DNA of 64,000 bases from contig NC_047067.1 in the NCBI RefSeq assembly GCF_902459465.1, forward strand, positions 4,092,001-4,156,000, read 5' to 3'. Shown here piece by piece: positions 25,101-39,800 of the stretch. This DNA is from Asterias rubens (Eukaryota). Each line of letters starts with the position of its first letter. Position 1 is the first letter of the stretch. A program made the translations under genes and the position numbers. The notes under the pieces were generated by a model, which did no database searches, was not told where the DNA came from, and saw only the letters and a program-made list of their open reading frames with translations.

Positions 25101-28100
25101 TCAGTTACCAAGACCAAAAACACTTGAGCAGATCATTACGTACTGGTGTAACATGCGACTGTTACAAATACTGCTTCTTTTCATCTCCACTGACACAATT
25201 TGAGCACAATAAACCCGAGAGGTATTGCTCTTAAAGTTATTATTTAATCACTAACTCTCGTTAACTTTGATCTGATTACCGATGACGTTCCAATGCAATT
25301 TATCGCCAAATTCGGCATGTGTTAATACTAAGTATTACCTGAAAGGATTTAATAAGCACTATTAATTTTAATCCACGATTCTCTGAACGCCAATATTTAA
25401 CTAATCTGTTCTTATAAAATCTTTAGGCAAAACACAAAACCCAACCAAATCTGCAAGTAAAGAAAGCGGACATTCTTCCCATGGCAGCAGCAGTCATGAA
25501 GACCCTGACCATGTCAAACCGTAAGTTTCATTCATGCGACCACAAATATGGTAGATCTTTGTTTTTTCCCCCAACAAATAATAAGTAAAAAAACATGAAG
25601 GCCCTGTCTGTTTTTCTCAGCAAACCTTAAAGTTTAACATTTTTCTTAAATAACGAACTTGGATAGAACAGGTTAAGTAAACCCTGCATGTTAACTATTT
25701 TTGTAGGACGTTTTTCTAAGTAATAGGTTTTTTTCTCGAGCTGCTTTTGTTCCAATCACATCTCATTACATACGTAATATGTCATTTTCATTTGTTTTCT
25801 CTTTCAAAAGGTATAAGTAACTAACCAATGGTAGATGATTAATCCGAAAATCTATATTTCTTAACAGAAAATCAAATTCTGGAAGCAATGAAGTGCCAGG
25901 TAAGTGAATCAATACGATCTATAGGGGCTTTATCTTACCTATAATGTTGCTCATCTCAAGCCTCTTTAAATCACTGCATCAGTTATCGTTATTTTCTGAT
26001 AACAACGGCCAGTTGCTTTTCAAACTTGGCACCTGTATCCTCTTCTTAGTAGAATTGCTCAACCAAGCTGAGTTATACCTTGAAAACTTTAAGAAATTTT
26101 ATGTTTTACCATTCCAAGTTTCTCTGGACGTCATTATTGATCTATTCTGTTTGCACTTAAGCCTTAGGAGATACACAAAACCCAACCAAGTCTGCGAGTA
26201 AAGAGAACCGCCCCTCTTCCCCTGGCAGCAGCAGTCATACAGACCCTGATCACGTCAACTCGTAAGTTTCATTCACGCGACCACAAATTTGGTAGAACAT
26301 TATTGTTTTTCCAAAATGTGCTGAAACTTAAAGGCAAAAATGTTGCCTTGGTGTGCATTGTGACGGATAACGTGAACAATCTCTGCAGAAGTCTTGTTCC
26401 ATTTTAGTGAGTTTATCGAAAAAAAAAAAAATACAAATATTTAGGACCTATCTGTTTTTTTCTCAGCAGACCTTTAAGTTTGCCTTTTATTTAAATAACG
26501 AATTGGGATAAAAAAGCTTCAGAAAAGCCTGTTTGTAAACTATTTGTGTAGGTCGTTTATCAGTTTTTTTCTCGATCTATTTTTTTTTTCCCCATTTATA
26601 TCTCATTGTATAAGTAAACTGTCGTTTTCGTTAGATTTAATATAGCTTTGTCTTTCACAAGGTAAAGGTAAATTAACGAATGGTAGATGGTTAATAAAAA
26701 AAAATTGTTTCTTAACAGAAAACCAAGTTCTGAAAGCAATGAAGTACCAGGTAAGTGAATCATCACGATCTATAAAGGGGCCTTATCTTTCCTATAATGT
26801 TGCTCATCTCAAGCCTTTAGTTCTTGACATGACTCCATCGGTGATCGTAATTTGCTGATAACAACGGCAAGCTACTTTTCAAACTTGGTACCGTAGAGAA
26901 GTAATGCCTTATTATTTAACCACCAATTCTCACTTTCTTTCATGTGACTACCTTCAGATGAAATTCCCGCGCATTGTTTTCACCAAATTCAGCTTTTTTT
27001 TATTCCAAGTTATACCTTAAAGGATTTAAGCAATTTTTTGTTTCACTATTCCTAGTTTCTCTGGACGTCAGTATTGAATTATTCTGTTTGCATTTAAGCT
27101 TTAGGTGATACACACATTCCAACCAAGTCTGCAAGTAAAGAAAGCCGTCCCTCTTCCCCTGGCAGCAGCAGTCATAAAGACCCTGACCATGTCAACTCGT
27201 AAGTTTCATTCATTCGACCACATTTTGGTAGAATTTGTTTTTCTCCAGAATGTGCTGAAACTTAAAGCCAAGATGTTGCCTTGGTGTGCATTGTGACCGA
27301 TAACGTGAACAATCTATGCAGAAGTCTTCTTCCATTTTACTGAGTTTGTCGTATACAAAATATACGAAAAAATACAAAAAAATGTAGGCCCTATCTGTTT
27401 TTCTCAGCAGACCTTTGAGAGTAAGTTTTATTTAAATAACGAGTTGGGATAAAAAGCTTAAGAAAAGCCTGCATGTAACTTAGTTGTGTTGGTCGTTTGT
27501 CTTTTTTTTTAGCTACTTTTATTCAATTTACATCTCATTACATACGTAAACTGTCATTTTCCTTTTGTATTATAGCTTTGTCTTTCAAAAGGTATAAGTA
27601 ATTAACGATTGGTAGATGATCAATCCGTAAATCTATGTTTCTTAACAGAAAATCAGGTGATGAAAGCAATGAAGTGCCAGGTAAGTGAATCAATACAATC
27701 CATAGGGGCTTTATCTAGTTGCTCATCTCAAGCCTTTAGTTCTTGAAATCACTGCATCAGTGATCGTAATTATCTGATAACAACAGCAAACTTCTTTTCA
27801 AACTTGGCACCGGTATCCTCTTCTTAGTAGAATCTTAGTTTAGATTATTGCCCATGTATTTAAATTGTGTTATTTTTTCAGCACCTAATCCCCAGCCTTG
27901 CGATAGTCATCCATGCCAACATGGCGGTGTATGCCAAAATAAAGGACAATTATTTGAGTGTGTTTGCCCCAGTGGCTGCTCAGGAAGACGCTGTGAAAAT
28001 GGTAAGCATGTAAATATCAAACCGTCTTATATACACCTAAGTTTAAGATGTGAGTGATGTGAATTGATGGTTTTAGATATTGATTGATATTTCTGTTTAA

Positions 28101-31100
28101 TTTTGTCTTACATTAACTACAATGTATAGGACCTGTTCAAGACCCATGTGCGAATAACCCTTGCGAGCATGGGGGAGCATGTTCACCTTATGGATCCAGC
28201 TACCGATGCAGTTGCCCGTCAGCGTACATGGGTTCTAGATGCCAATTAGGTATTAATGATTTTTACTTGTTCGAGCGTAGTTACTTCTGAACTGTGGAAC
28301 ACCAACTCTATGTTTTGTTTCGCCGTTGTCAATCAGTTACCAAGACCAAAAACACTTGAGCAGATCATTACGTACTGGTGTAACATGCGACTGTTACAAA
28401 TACTGCTTCTTTTCATCTCCACTGACACAATTTGAGCACAATAAACCCGAGAGGTATTGCTCTTAAAGTTATTATTTAATCACTAACTCTCGTTAACTTT
28501 GATCTGATTACCGATGACATTCCAATGCAATTTATCACCAAATTCGGCATGTGTTAATACTAAGTATTACCTGAAAGGATTTAATAAGCACTATTAATTT
28601 TAATCCACGATTCTCTGAACGCCAATATTTAACTAATCTGTTCATATAAAATCTTTAGGCAAAACACAAAACCCAACCAAATCTGCAAGTAAAGAAAGCG
28701 GACATTCTTCCCATGGCAGCAGCAGTCATGAAGACCCTGACCATGTCAAACCGTAAGTTTCATTCATGCGACCACAAATATGGTAGATCGTTGTTTTTCC
28801 CCCCAACAAATAATAAATAAAAAAAACATGAAGGCCCTGTCTGTTTTTCTCAGCAAACCTTAAAGTTTAACATTTTTCTTAAATAACGAACTTGGATAGA
28901 ACAGGTTAAGTAAACCCTGCATGTTAACTATTTTTGTAGGACGTTTTTCTAAGTAATAGGTTTTTTTCTCGAGCTGCTTTTGTTCCAATCACATCTCATT
29001 ACATACGTAATATGTCATTTTCATTTGTTTTCTCTTTCAAAAGGTATAAGTAACTAACCAATGGTAGATGATTAATCCGAAAATCTATATTTCTTAACAG
29101 AAAATCAAATTCTGGAAGCAATGAAGTGCCAGGTAAGTGAATCAATACGATCTATAGGGGCTTTATCTTACCTATAATGTTGCTCATCTCAAGCCTCTTT
29201 AAATCACTGCATCAGTTATCGTTATTTTCTGATAACAACGGCCAGTTGCTTTTCAAACTTGGCACCTGTATCCTCTTCTTAGTAGAATTGCTCAACCAAG
29301 CTGAGTTATACCTTGAAAACTTTAAGAAATTTTATGTTTTACCATTCCAAGTTTCTCTGGACGTCATTATTGATCTATTCTGTTTGCACTTAAGCCTTAG
29401 GAGATACACAAAACCCAACCAAGTCTGCGAGTAAAGAGAACCGCCCCTCTTCCCCTGGCAGCAGCAGTCATACAGACCCTGATCACGTCAACTCGTAAGT
29501 TTCATTCACGCGACCACAAATTTGGTAGAACATTATTGTTTTTTCAAAATGTGCTGAAACTTAAAGGCAAAAATGTTGCCTTGGTGTGCATTGTGACGGA
29601 TAACGTGAACAATCTCTGCAGAAGTCTTGTTCCATTTTAGTGAGTTTATCGAAAAAAAAAAAATACAAATATTTAGGACCTATCTGTTTTTTTCTCAGCA
29701 GACCTTTAAGTTTGCCTTTTATTTAAATAACGAATTGGGATAAAAAAGCTTCAGAAAAGCCTGTTTGTAAACTATTTGTGTAGGTCGTTTATCAGTTTTT
29801 TTCTCGATCTATTTTTTTCCCCCATTTATATCTCATTGTATAAGTAAACTGTCGTTTTCGTTAGATTTAATATAGCTTTGTCTTTCACAAGGTAAAGGTA
29901 AATTAACGAATGGTAGATGGTTAATAAAAAAAAAATTGTTTCTTAACAGAAAACCAAGTTCTGAAAGCAATGAAGTGCCAGGTAAGTGAATCATCACGAT
30001 CTATAAAGGGGCCTTATCTTTCCTATAATGTTGCTCATCTCAAGCCTTTAGTTCTTGACATGACTCCATCGGTGATCGTAATTTGCTGATAACAACGGCA
30101 AGCTACTTTTCAAACTTGGTACCGTAGAGAAGTAATGCCTTATTATTTAACCACCAATTCTCACTTTCTTTCATGTGACTACCTTCAGATGAAATTCCCG
30201 CGCATTGTTTTCACCAAATTCAGCTTTTGTTTATTCCAAGTTATACCTTAAAGGATTTAAGCAATTTTTTGTTTCACTATTCCTAGTTTCTCTGGACGTC
30301 AGTATTGAATTATTCTGTTTGCATTTAAGCTTTAGGTGATACACACATTCCAACCAAGTCTGCAAGTAAAGAAAGCCGTCCCTCTTCCCCTGGCAGCAGC
30401 AGTCATAAAGACCCTGACCATGTCAACTCGTAAGTTTCATTCATTCGACCACATTTTGGTAGAATTTGTTTTTCTCCAGAATGTGCTGAAACTTAAAGCC
30501 AAGATGTTGCCTTGGTGTGCATTGTGACCGATAACGTGAACAATCTATGCAGAAGTCTTCTTCCATTTTACTGAGTTTGTCGTATACAAAATATACGAAA
30601 AAATACAAAAAAATGTAGGCCCTATCTGTTTTTCTCAGCAGACCTTTGAGAGTAAGTTTTATTTAAATAACGAGTTGGGATAAAAAGCTTAAGAAAAGCC
30701 TGCATGTAACTTAGTTGTGTTGGTCGTTTGTCTTTTTTTTAGCTACTTTTATTCAATTTACATCTCATTACATACGTAAACTGTCATTTTCCTTTTGTAT
30801 TATAGCTTTGTCTTTCAAAAGGTATAAGTAATTAACGATTGGTAGATGATCAATCCGTAAATCTATGTTTCTTAACAGAAAATCAGGTGATGAAAGCAAT
30901 GAAGTGCCAGGTAAGTGAATCAATACAATCCATAGGGGCTTTATCTAGTTGCTCATCTCAAGCCTTTAGTTCTTGAAATCACTGCATCAGTGATCGTAAT
31001 TATCTGATAACAACAGCAAACTTCTTTTCAAACTTGGCACCGGTATCCTCTTCTTAGTAGAATCTTAGTTTAGATTATTGCCCATGTATTTAAATTGTGT

Positions 31101-34100
31101 TATTTTTTCAGCACCTAATCCCCAGCCTTGCGATAGTCATCCATGCCAACATGGCGGTGTATGCCAAAATAAAGGACAATTATTTGAGTGTGTTTGCCCC
31201 AGTGGCTGCTCAGGAAGACGCTGTGAAAATGGTAAGCATGTAAATATCAAACCGTCTTATATACACCTAAGTTTAAGATGTGAGTGATGTGAATTGATGG
31301 TTTTAGATATTGATTGATATTTCTGTTTAATTTTGTCTTACATTAACTACAATGTATAGGACCTGTTCAAGACCCATGTGCGAATAACCCTTGCGAGCAT
31401 GGGGGAGCATGTTCACCTTATGGATCCAGCTACCGATGCAGTTGCCCGTCAGCGTACATGGGTTCTAGATGCCAATTAGGTATTATTGATTTTTACTTGT
31501 TCGAGCGTAGTTACTTCTGAACTGTGGAACACCAACTCTATGTTTTGTTTCGCCGTTGTCAATCAGTTACCAAGACCAAAAACACTTGAGCAGATCATTA
31601 CGTACTGGTGTAACATGCGACTGTTACAAATACTGCTTCTTTTCATCTCCACTGACACAATTTGAGCACAATAAACCCGAGAGGTATTGCTCTTAAAGTT
31701 ATTATTTAATCACTAACTCTCGTTAACTTTGATCTGATTACCGATGACATTCCAATGCAATTTATCGCCAAATTCGGCATGTGTTAATACTAAGTATTAC
31801 CTGAAAGGATTTAATAAGCACTATTAATTTTAATCCACGATTCTCTGAACGCCAATATTTAACTAATCTGTTCATATAAAATCTTTAGGCAAAACACAAA
31901 ACCCAACCAAATCTGCAAGTAAAGAAAGCGGACATTCTTCCCATGGCAGCAGCAGTCATGAAGACCCTGACCATGTCAAACCGTAAGTTTCATTCATGCG
32001 ACCACAAATATGGTAGATCTTTGTTTTTCCCCCCAACAAATAATAAATAAAAAAAACATGACGGCCCTGTCTGTTTTTCTCAGCAAACCTTAAAGTTTAA
32101 AATTTTTCTTAAATAACGAACTTGGATAGAACAGGTTAAGTAAACCCTGCATGTTAACTATTTTTGTAGGACGTTTTTCTAAGTAATAGGTTTTTTTCTC
32201 GAGCTGCTTTTGTTCCAATCACATCTCATTACATACGTAATATGTCATTTTCATTTGTTTTCTCTTTCAAAAGGTATAAGTAACTAACCAATGGTAGATG
32301 ATTAATCCGAAAATCTATATTTCTTAACAGAAAATCAAATTCTGGAAGCAATGAAGTGCCAGGTAAGTGAATCAATACGATCTATAGGGGCTTTATCTTA
32401 CCTATAATGTTGCTCATCTCAAGCCTCTTTAAATCACTGCATCAGTTATCGTTATTTTCTGATAACAACGGCCAGTTGCTTTTCAAACTTGGCACCTGTA
32501 TCCTCTTCTTAGTAGAATTGCTCAACCAAGCTGAGTTATACCTTGAAAACTTTAAGAAATTTTATGTTTTACCATTCCAAGTTTCTCTGGACGTCATTAT
32601 TGATCTATTCTGTTTGCACTTAAGCCTTAGGAGATACACAAAACCCAACCAAGTCTGCGAGTAAAGAGAACCGCCCCTCTTCCCCTGGCAGCAGCAGTCA
32701 TACAGACCCTGATCACGTCAACTCGTAAGTTTCATTCACGCGACCACAAATTTGGTAGAACATTATTGTTTTTCCAAAATGTGCTGAAACTTAAAGGCAA
32801 AAATGTTGCCTTGGTGTGCATTGTGACGGATAACGTGAACAATCTCTGCAGAAGTCTTGTTCCATTTTAGTGAGTTTATCGAAAAAAAAAAACCAATTCA
32901 AATATTTAGGACCTATCTGTTTTTTTCTCAGCAGACCTTTAAGTTTGCCTTTTATTTAAATAACGAATTGGGATAAAAAAGCTTCAGAAGAGCCTGTTTG
33001 TAAACTATTTGTGTAGGTCGTTTATCAGTTTTTTTCTCGATCTATTTTTTTTTTCCCCATTTATATCTCATTGTATAAGTAAACTGTCGTTTTCGTTAGA
33101 TTTAATATAGCTTTGTCTTTCACAAGGTAAAGGTAAATTAACGAATGGTAGATGGTTAATAAAAAAAAATTGTTTCTTAACAGAAAACCAAGTTCTGCAA
33201 GCAATGAAGTACCAGGTAAGTGAATCATCACGATCTATAAAGGGGCCTTATCTTTCCTATAATGTTGCTCATCTCAAGCCTTTAGTTCTTGACATGACTC
33301 CATCGGTGATCGTAATTTGCTGATAACAACGGCAAGCTACTTTTCAAACTTGGTACCGTAGAGAAGTAATGCCTTATTATTTAACCACCAATTCTCACTT
33401 TCTTTCATGTGACTACCTTCAGATGAAATTCCCGCGCATTGTTTTCACCAAATTCAGCTTTTTTTTATTCCAAGTTATACCTTAAAGGATTTAAGCAATT
33501 TTTTGATTCACAATTCCAAGTTTCTCTGGACGTCATTATTGAATTATTCTGTTTGCACTGAAGCTTTAGGTGATACACACATACCAACCAAGTCTGCAAG
33601 TAAAGAAAGGCGCCCCTCTTCCCCTGGCAGCAGCCCTGGCAGCAGCAGTCATACAGACCCTGACCACGCCAACTCGTAAGTTTCATTCACGCGACCACAA
33701 ATTTGGTAGAACATTCTTGTTTTTTAAGTTTAGGTTTTATTTAAATAACAAACTTGGCTAGAAAAGCTTAAGAAAAACCTGCATGTGAAGTATTTGTGAA
33801 GATCGTTTTTCATTTTTTGGTTTTCAAGCTACTATCATTTACGTAAACTGTCACGATTGGTAGATGATTAATCCGAAAATCTATGTTTCTTCACAGAAAA
33901 TCAAATTCTGGAAGCAATGAAGTGCCAGGTAAGTGAATCAATACGATCTATAGGGGCTTTATATTACCAATAATGTTGCTCATCTCAAGCCTTTAGTTTT
34001 TTATGTTATGTTTTACCATTCCAAGTTTTTCTGACGTCATTATTGATCTATTCTGTTTGCACTTAAGCTTTAGGAGATACACAAAACCCAACCAAGTCTG

Positions 34101-36777
34101 CGAGTAAAGAGAACCGCCCCTCTTCCCCTGGCAGCAGCAGTCATACAGACCCTGACCACGTCAACTCGTAAGTTTCATTCACGCGACCACAAATTTGGTA
34201 GAACATTATTGTTTTTCCAAAATGTGCTGAAACTTAAAGGCAAAAATGTTGCCTTGGTGTGCATTGTGACGGATAACGTGAACAATCTCTGCAGAAGTCT
34301 TGTTCCATTTTACTGAATTTATCGACTAAAAAAAGAAAATACAAATATTTAGGACCTATCTGTTTTTTTCTCAGCAGACCTTTCAGTTTACCTTTTATTT
34401 AAATAACGAATTGGGATAAAAAAGCTTTAGAAGAGCCTGTTTGTAAACTATTTGTGTAGGTCGTTTATCAGTTTTTTTCTCGATCTATTTTTGTTTCCAT
34501 TTATATCTCATTGTATAAGTAAACTGTCGTTTTCGTTAGATATATTAAAGCTTTGTCTTTCACAAGGTAAAGGTAAATTAACGAATGGTAGATGGTTAAT
34601 AAAAAAAAATATATGTTTCTTAACAGAAAACCAAGTTCTGAAAGCAATGAAGTGCCAGGTAAGTGAATCATCACGATCTCTTTAGGGGCCTTATCTTTCC
34701 TGTAATGTTGCTCATCTCAAGCCTTTAGTTCTTGACATGACTGCATCGGTGATCGTAATTTGCTGATAACAACGGCAAGCTTCTTTTTAAACTTGGTACC
34801 GTAGAGAAGTAATGCCCTTTAAAGATATTATTTAACCACCAATTCTCACTTTCTTTCATGTGACTGTACCTTTATATAAAATTCCCGCGCATTGTTTTCA
34901 CCAAATTCAGCTTGTGATTGTTCCAAGTTATACCTTGAAGGATTTAAGCAATTTTATGTTTTACTATTCCTAGTTTCTCTGGACGTCAGTATTGAATTAT
35001 TCTGTTTACATTTAAGCTTTAGGAGATACACACATTCCAACCAAGTATGCGAGTAAAGAGAGCCGCCCCTCTTCCCCTGGCAGCAGCAGTCATAAAGACC
35101 CTGACCACGTCAACTCGTAAGTTTCATTCACGCGACCACAAATTCGGTAGAACATTATTGGATTTAAAAATGTGCCGAAACTTAAAGGCAAACATGTTGC
35201 TTTAGTGTGCATTGTGACGGATAACGTGAACAATCTATGCAGAAGTCTTCTTCCGTTTTACAGAGTTTAGCGACTAAGAAAAACAAAAAGTAAGTTTAAC
35301 TTTTATTTAAATAACGAATTGGGATAGAAAAGCTTAAGAAAAGCCTGTTTGTAAACCATTTACATCTCATTATATAGTATATACGTATAAAACTGTCATT
35401 TTCGTTTGCTGTTGTAGCTTTGTCTTTCACAAGGTAAAGGTAAATTAACGAATGGTAGATGGTTAATAAAAATAAATCTGTGTTTCTTAACAGAAAACCA
35501 AGTTCTGCAAGCAATGAAGTGCCAGGTAAGTGAATCATCACGATCTCTATAGGGGCCTTATCTTTCCTATAATGTTGCTCATCTCAAGCCTTTAGTTCTT
35601 GACATGACTCCATCGGTGATCGTAATTTGCTGATAACAACGGCAAGCTACTTTTCAAACTTGGTACCGTAGAGAAGTAATGCCTTATTATTTAACCACCA
35701 ATTCTCACTTTCTTTCATGTGACTACCTTCAGATGAAATTCCCGCGCATTGTTTTCACCAAATTCAGCTTTTTTTTATTCCAAGTTATACCTTAAAGGAT
35801 TTAAGCAATTTTGTAATTTACCATTCCAAGTTTCTCTGGACGTCATTATTGAATTATTCTGTTTGCATTTAAGCTTTAGGTGATACACAAAACCCAACCA
35901 AGTCTGCGAGTAAAGAGAACCGCCCCTCTTCCCCTGGCAGCAGCAGTCATACAGACCCTGACCACGTCAACTCGTAAGTTTCATTCACGCGACCACAAAT
36001 TTGGTAGAACATTATTGTTTTTCCAAAATGTGCTGAAATTTAAAGGCAAAAATGTTGCCTTGGTGTGCATTGTGACGGATAACGTGAACAATCTATGCAG
36101 AAGTCTTCTTCCATTTTACTGAGTTTGTCGTATACAAAACATACAAAAAAATACAAAAAATGTAGGCCCTATCTGTTTTTCTCAGCAGACCTTTAAGTGT
36201 AAGATTTATTTAAATAACGAGTTGGAATAAAAAGCTTAAGAAAAGCCTGCATGGAAACTAGTTGTGTAGGTCGTTTGTCAGGTTTTTTTTAGAGCTACTT
36301 TTGTTCAATTTACATCTCATTACATACGTAAACTGTCATTTTCATTTTGTATTATAGCTTTGTCTTTCAAAAGGTATAAGTAATTAACGATTGGTAGATG
36401 ATCAATCCGTAAATCTATGTTTCTTAACAGAAAATCAAGTGATGAAAGCAATGAAGTGCCAGGTAAGTGAATTAATACAATCCATAGGGGCTTTATCTAG
36501 TTGCTCATCTCAAGCCTTTAGTTCTTGAAATCACTGCATCAGTGATCGTAATTATCTGATAACAACAGCAAACTTCTTTTCAAACTTGGCACCGGTATCC
36601 TCTTCTTAGTAGAATCTTAGTTTAGATTTTTGATCATGTTTTTAAATTGTTTTTTTTTCAGCACCTAAACCTCAGCCTTGCGATAGTCATCCATGCCAAC
36701 ATGGCGGTGTATGCCAAAATAAAGGACAATTATTTGAGTGTGTTTGCTCCAGTGGCTGCTCAGGAAGACGCTGTGAA

Positions 36778-36810
<33 letters not shown>

Positions 36811-39800
36811 AACTTATAAAGCGCACAAATCCATCAAAGTGCTCATGGCGCTAAATACAAAGAATAATATTGACATGTACAATAACCAAAATTGAAACGT
36901 AAGCCTAAGCTAAGAAGAAATCAAGATCATGTTGAAGAGAAAATACAGTACAAATGCAATATCAAAGAAAACATCGAAGGGTAGAAATCAAACCATTTTC
37001 TCAAATACTTGGTTGAAAAGATGTGTCTTAAGGTTTTTCTTAAATTGTGTTAAAGAAACAGATGATTTTACTAGTGCTGGCAATTTGTTCCAAAGGCGTG
37101 GGGCAGCATGTGAGAAAGATCGGTCTCCCCATGAATGATTGGATATGGGCTCAATAAGGAGACTAGAATTGTAAGACCGGAGTTTGCGAGGAGGATTGTA
37201 TGGTTTGAGTAGATCATCAATATATGCAGGGGCATTGTTGGTGAGTGATTTATACACAAAAAGCAGAAGTTTATACTTGACTCTACTGCTTACGGGTAAC
37301 CAGTGTAATTCTTTCAAAATCGGAGTTATATGACAGGACTTTTTATTTAAGGTGATAACACGAGCAGCATAGTTCTGAATACGCTGAAGTCGTTCAATTT
37401 GAGTATTAGGAAGACCATATAGAAGTGAGTTACACATGTCAATTCTGGAAACGACGACGGAGTGGACTATTTGCTCAGTTGCTTTTTGTGTTAAATATTT
37501 CCTCACTTTGCCTATATTACGAATGTGAAATGTTGTAGAACGTGCAATACTAGAAATATGTGAATAAGTGTCATGGAAGAGTCGAAGATCACACCAAGAT
37601 TACGAGCTTTGGTAACAGCGGTAACTTCGGAGTCACCTATATTAATATGGGGAATAGTAACTTTAGAGAGTTGTTGGCGTGAACCAATTATCATAAATTC
37701 AGTCTTGTTATCATTAAGTTTAAGGAAATTGTCTTGCATCCAAACACGAATTTCACCAACACACGTTTCAATACGACTGATGCTCTCATCAGCAAAATGT
37801 TTGGATGGTATAAAAGAGAAATACAACTGAGTGTCATCAGCATATACATGATAGTTCAGTTTGTGTTTCAGGATGATGCTATGAACTGGGTAGGTGTACA
37901 CCGTGAACCACAGCGGTCCAAGAACCGACCCCTGAGGGACTGAACAATCATGAACAACTGGGTCCGATGTGGAATTGCCAATGCGTACATGTTGTGGTCT
38001 GTTTTGCAAATAGGATTGGCACCATTTAAGGGCATTGCCCTGTAAACCAATAATATCACGTAGTCTCTTGAGCAAAATAGTGTGATCCACGGTGTCAAAA
38101 GCCGCACTTAAATCAAGCAGAATCAGGGCAGTCACATGGCCTTCATCCATAGCACATAAAATGTCATTTTGCACCCGTAATAGTGCCGATTCAGTGCTAT
38201 GCTTGGACCTGTATGCTGATTGAAATTTATCAGCAAGGCCAGAGTCAGAGATAACAGTATTCAATCTGGAGGCGACTATGCGCTCAATGGTCTTGCCAAC
38301 AAACTTCAAATTAGCCACCGGTCTGTAGTTAGAAAAAGTCTCAATATCTAAACCTGGCTTCTTGATTAGGGGACGAATGTAAGCAGTCTTAAGACTGTCT
38401 GGAAAATTACCTTGTTCAAAGGACTTGTTCACAATAGTAGTAATAAGAGGTGCTAGAACATTAATACACCTTTTAAGAAGATGTGTAGGTATGGGGTCCA
38501 GTTCACATGATTTAGAAGGAGAACTGCTTATTAATTTTATAATCTCAGACACAGTAGCAGATTCAAACTGGGAAATTTTTGTTACATGAGCACACACAGG
38601 TAAATGGTTAATCTGCGATACAGTAGAACTAGTTGCTACAGGAAAAATACTACGAATATTAACAATTTTGTTGCTGAAATAGTTAGAAAAACTATCTGCC
38701 AGAACCGCATCTGATACACTACTGGGTAATACAGGCTTTTCCTTTGTTTGATTTAGTAACCCATCAACAACTTTAAATAGTTTCTTCTGATCTCCTGAAC
38801 AATCTGTAATTTGAGAGGAGTAATATTCAATCTTAGCTACATTAATTAATTCATTAACCCTTTGTCTTTGATTACAATACAACTGTCTATCAATCTCAAG
38901 TCTTGAGTGCCTCCATTTTCTCTCATGAACTCTGCGCAGCTTTCTAGCAGTCTGTATAGCATCATTAAACCAAGGACTATGAGGTCTCAAACGAACAGAT
39001 CTAGTGCGAGCTGGTGCATGCTTGTTCAAAAGACTACTAAGGATAACCTCATAATTTTGCACACAAGAGTCGAGATCGGTAGAAGTCATATCAAAGTCGG
39101 AGAGTAACACAACCAGATCATTGCGGAAAACATCAACATCAATAGACTTAATGTTACGTGTTGTAATAATAACTTTAGGGGGTTGTGGTTTCTAAAGTGA
39201 TAATTGAGACATAACAGCAAAGTGATCAGATAATCCAGGATGAAGATAAATACCAGAAACAAGTGTAGCATTTTCACGAGTTATGAGTAGGTCAAGCAAA
39301 TCCCCATGTATGTGCGTTGATCCTGAGACATGCTGATGAAGACCATAGGATTGTAATATGGTCTTAAACCGGATGGCGTTGGTATCATTTAAATTATCCA
39401 TATGAATGTTAAAATCACCCCCCAAAAAAAAATGGTAAGCATGTAATTATACACACCCAAGTTTAAGATGTGAGTGATGTGAATTGATGGTTTTAGATAT
39501 TGATTGATATTTCTGTTTAATTTTGTCTTACATTAACTGCAATGTATAGGACCTGTTCAAGACCCATGTGCGAATAACCCTTGCGAGCATGGGGGAGCAT
39601 GTTCACCTTATGGATCCAGCTACCGATGCAGTTGCCCGTCAGCGTACATGGGTTCTAGATGCCAATTAGGTATTAATGATTTTTACTTGTTCGAGCGTAG
39701 TTACTTCTGAACTGTGGAACACCAACTCTATGTTTTGTTTCGCCGTTGTCAATCAGTTATTTAAGACAAAAACACTTGAGCAGATCATTACGTACTGGTG

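Noticed and set aside
36988-39425. Active retrotransposon or domesticated RT gene
   Set aside because: 5'-truncated within the endonuclease, with one nonsense codon and one frameshift.
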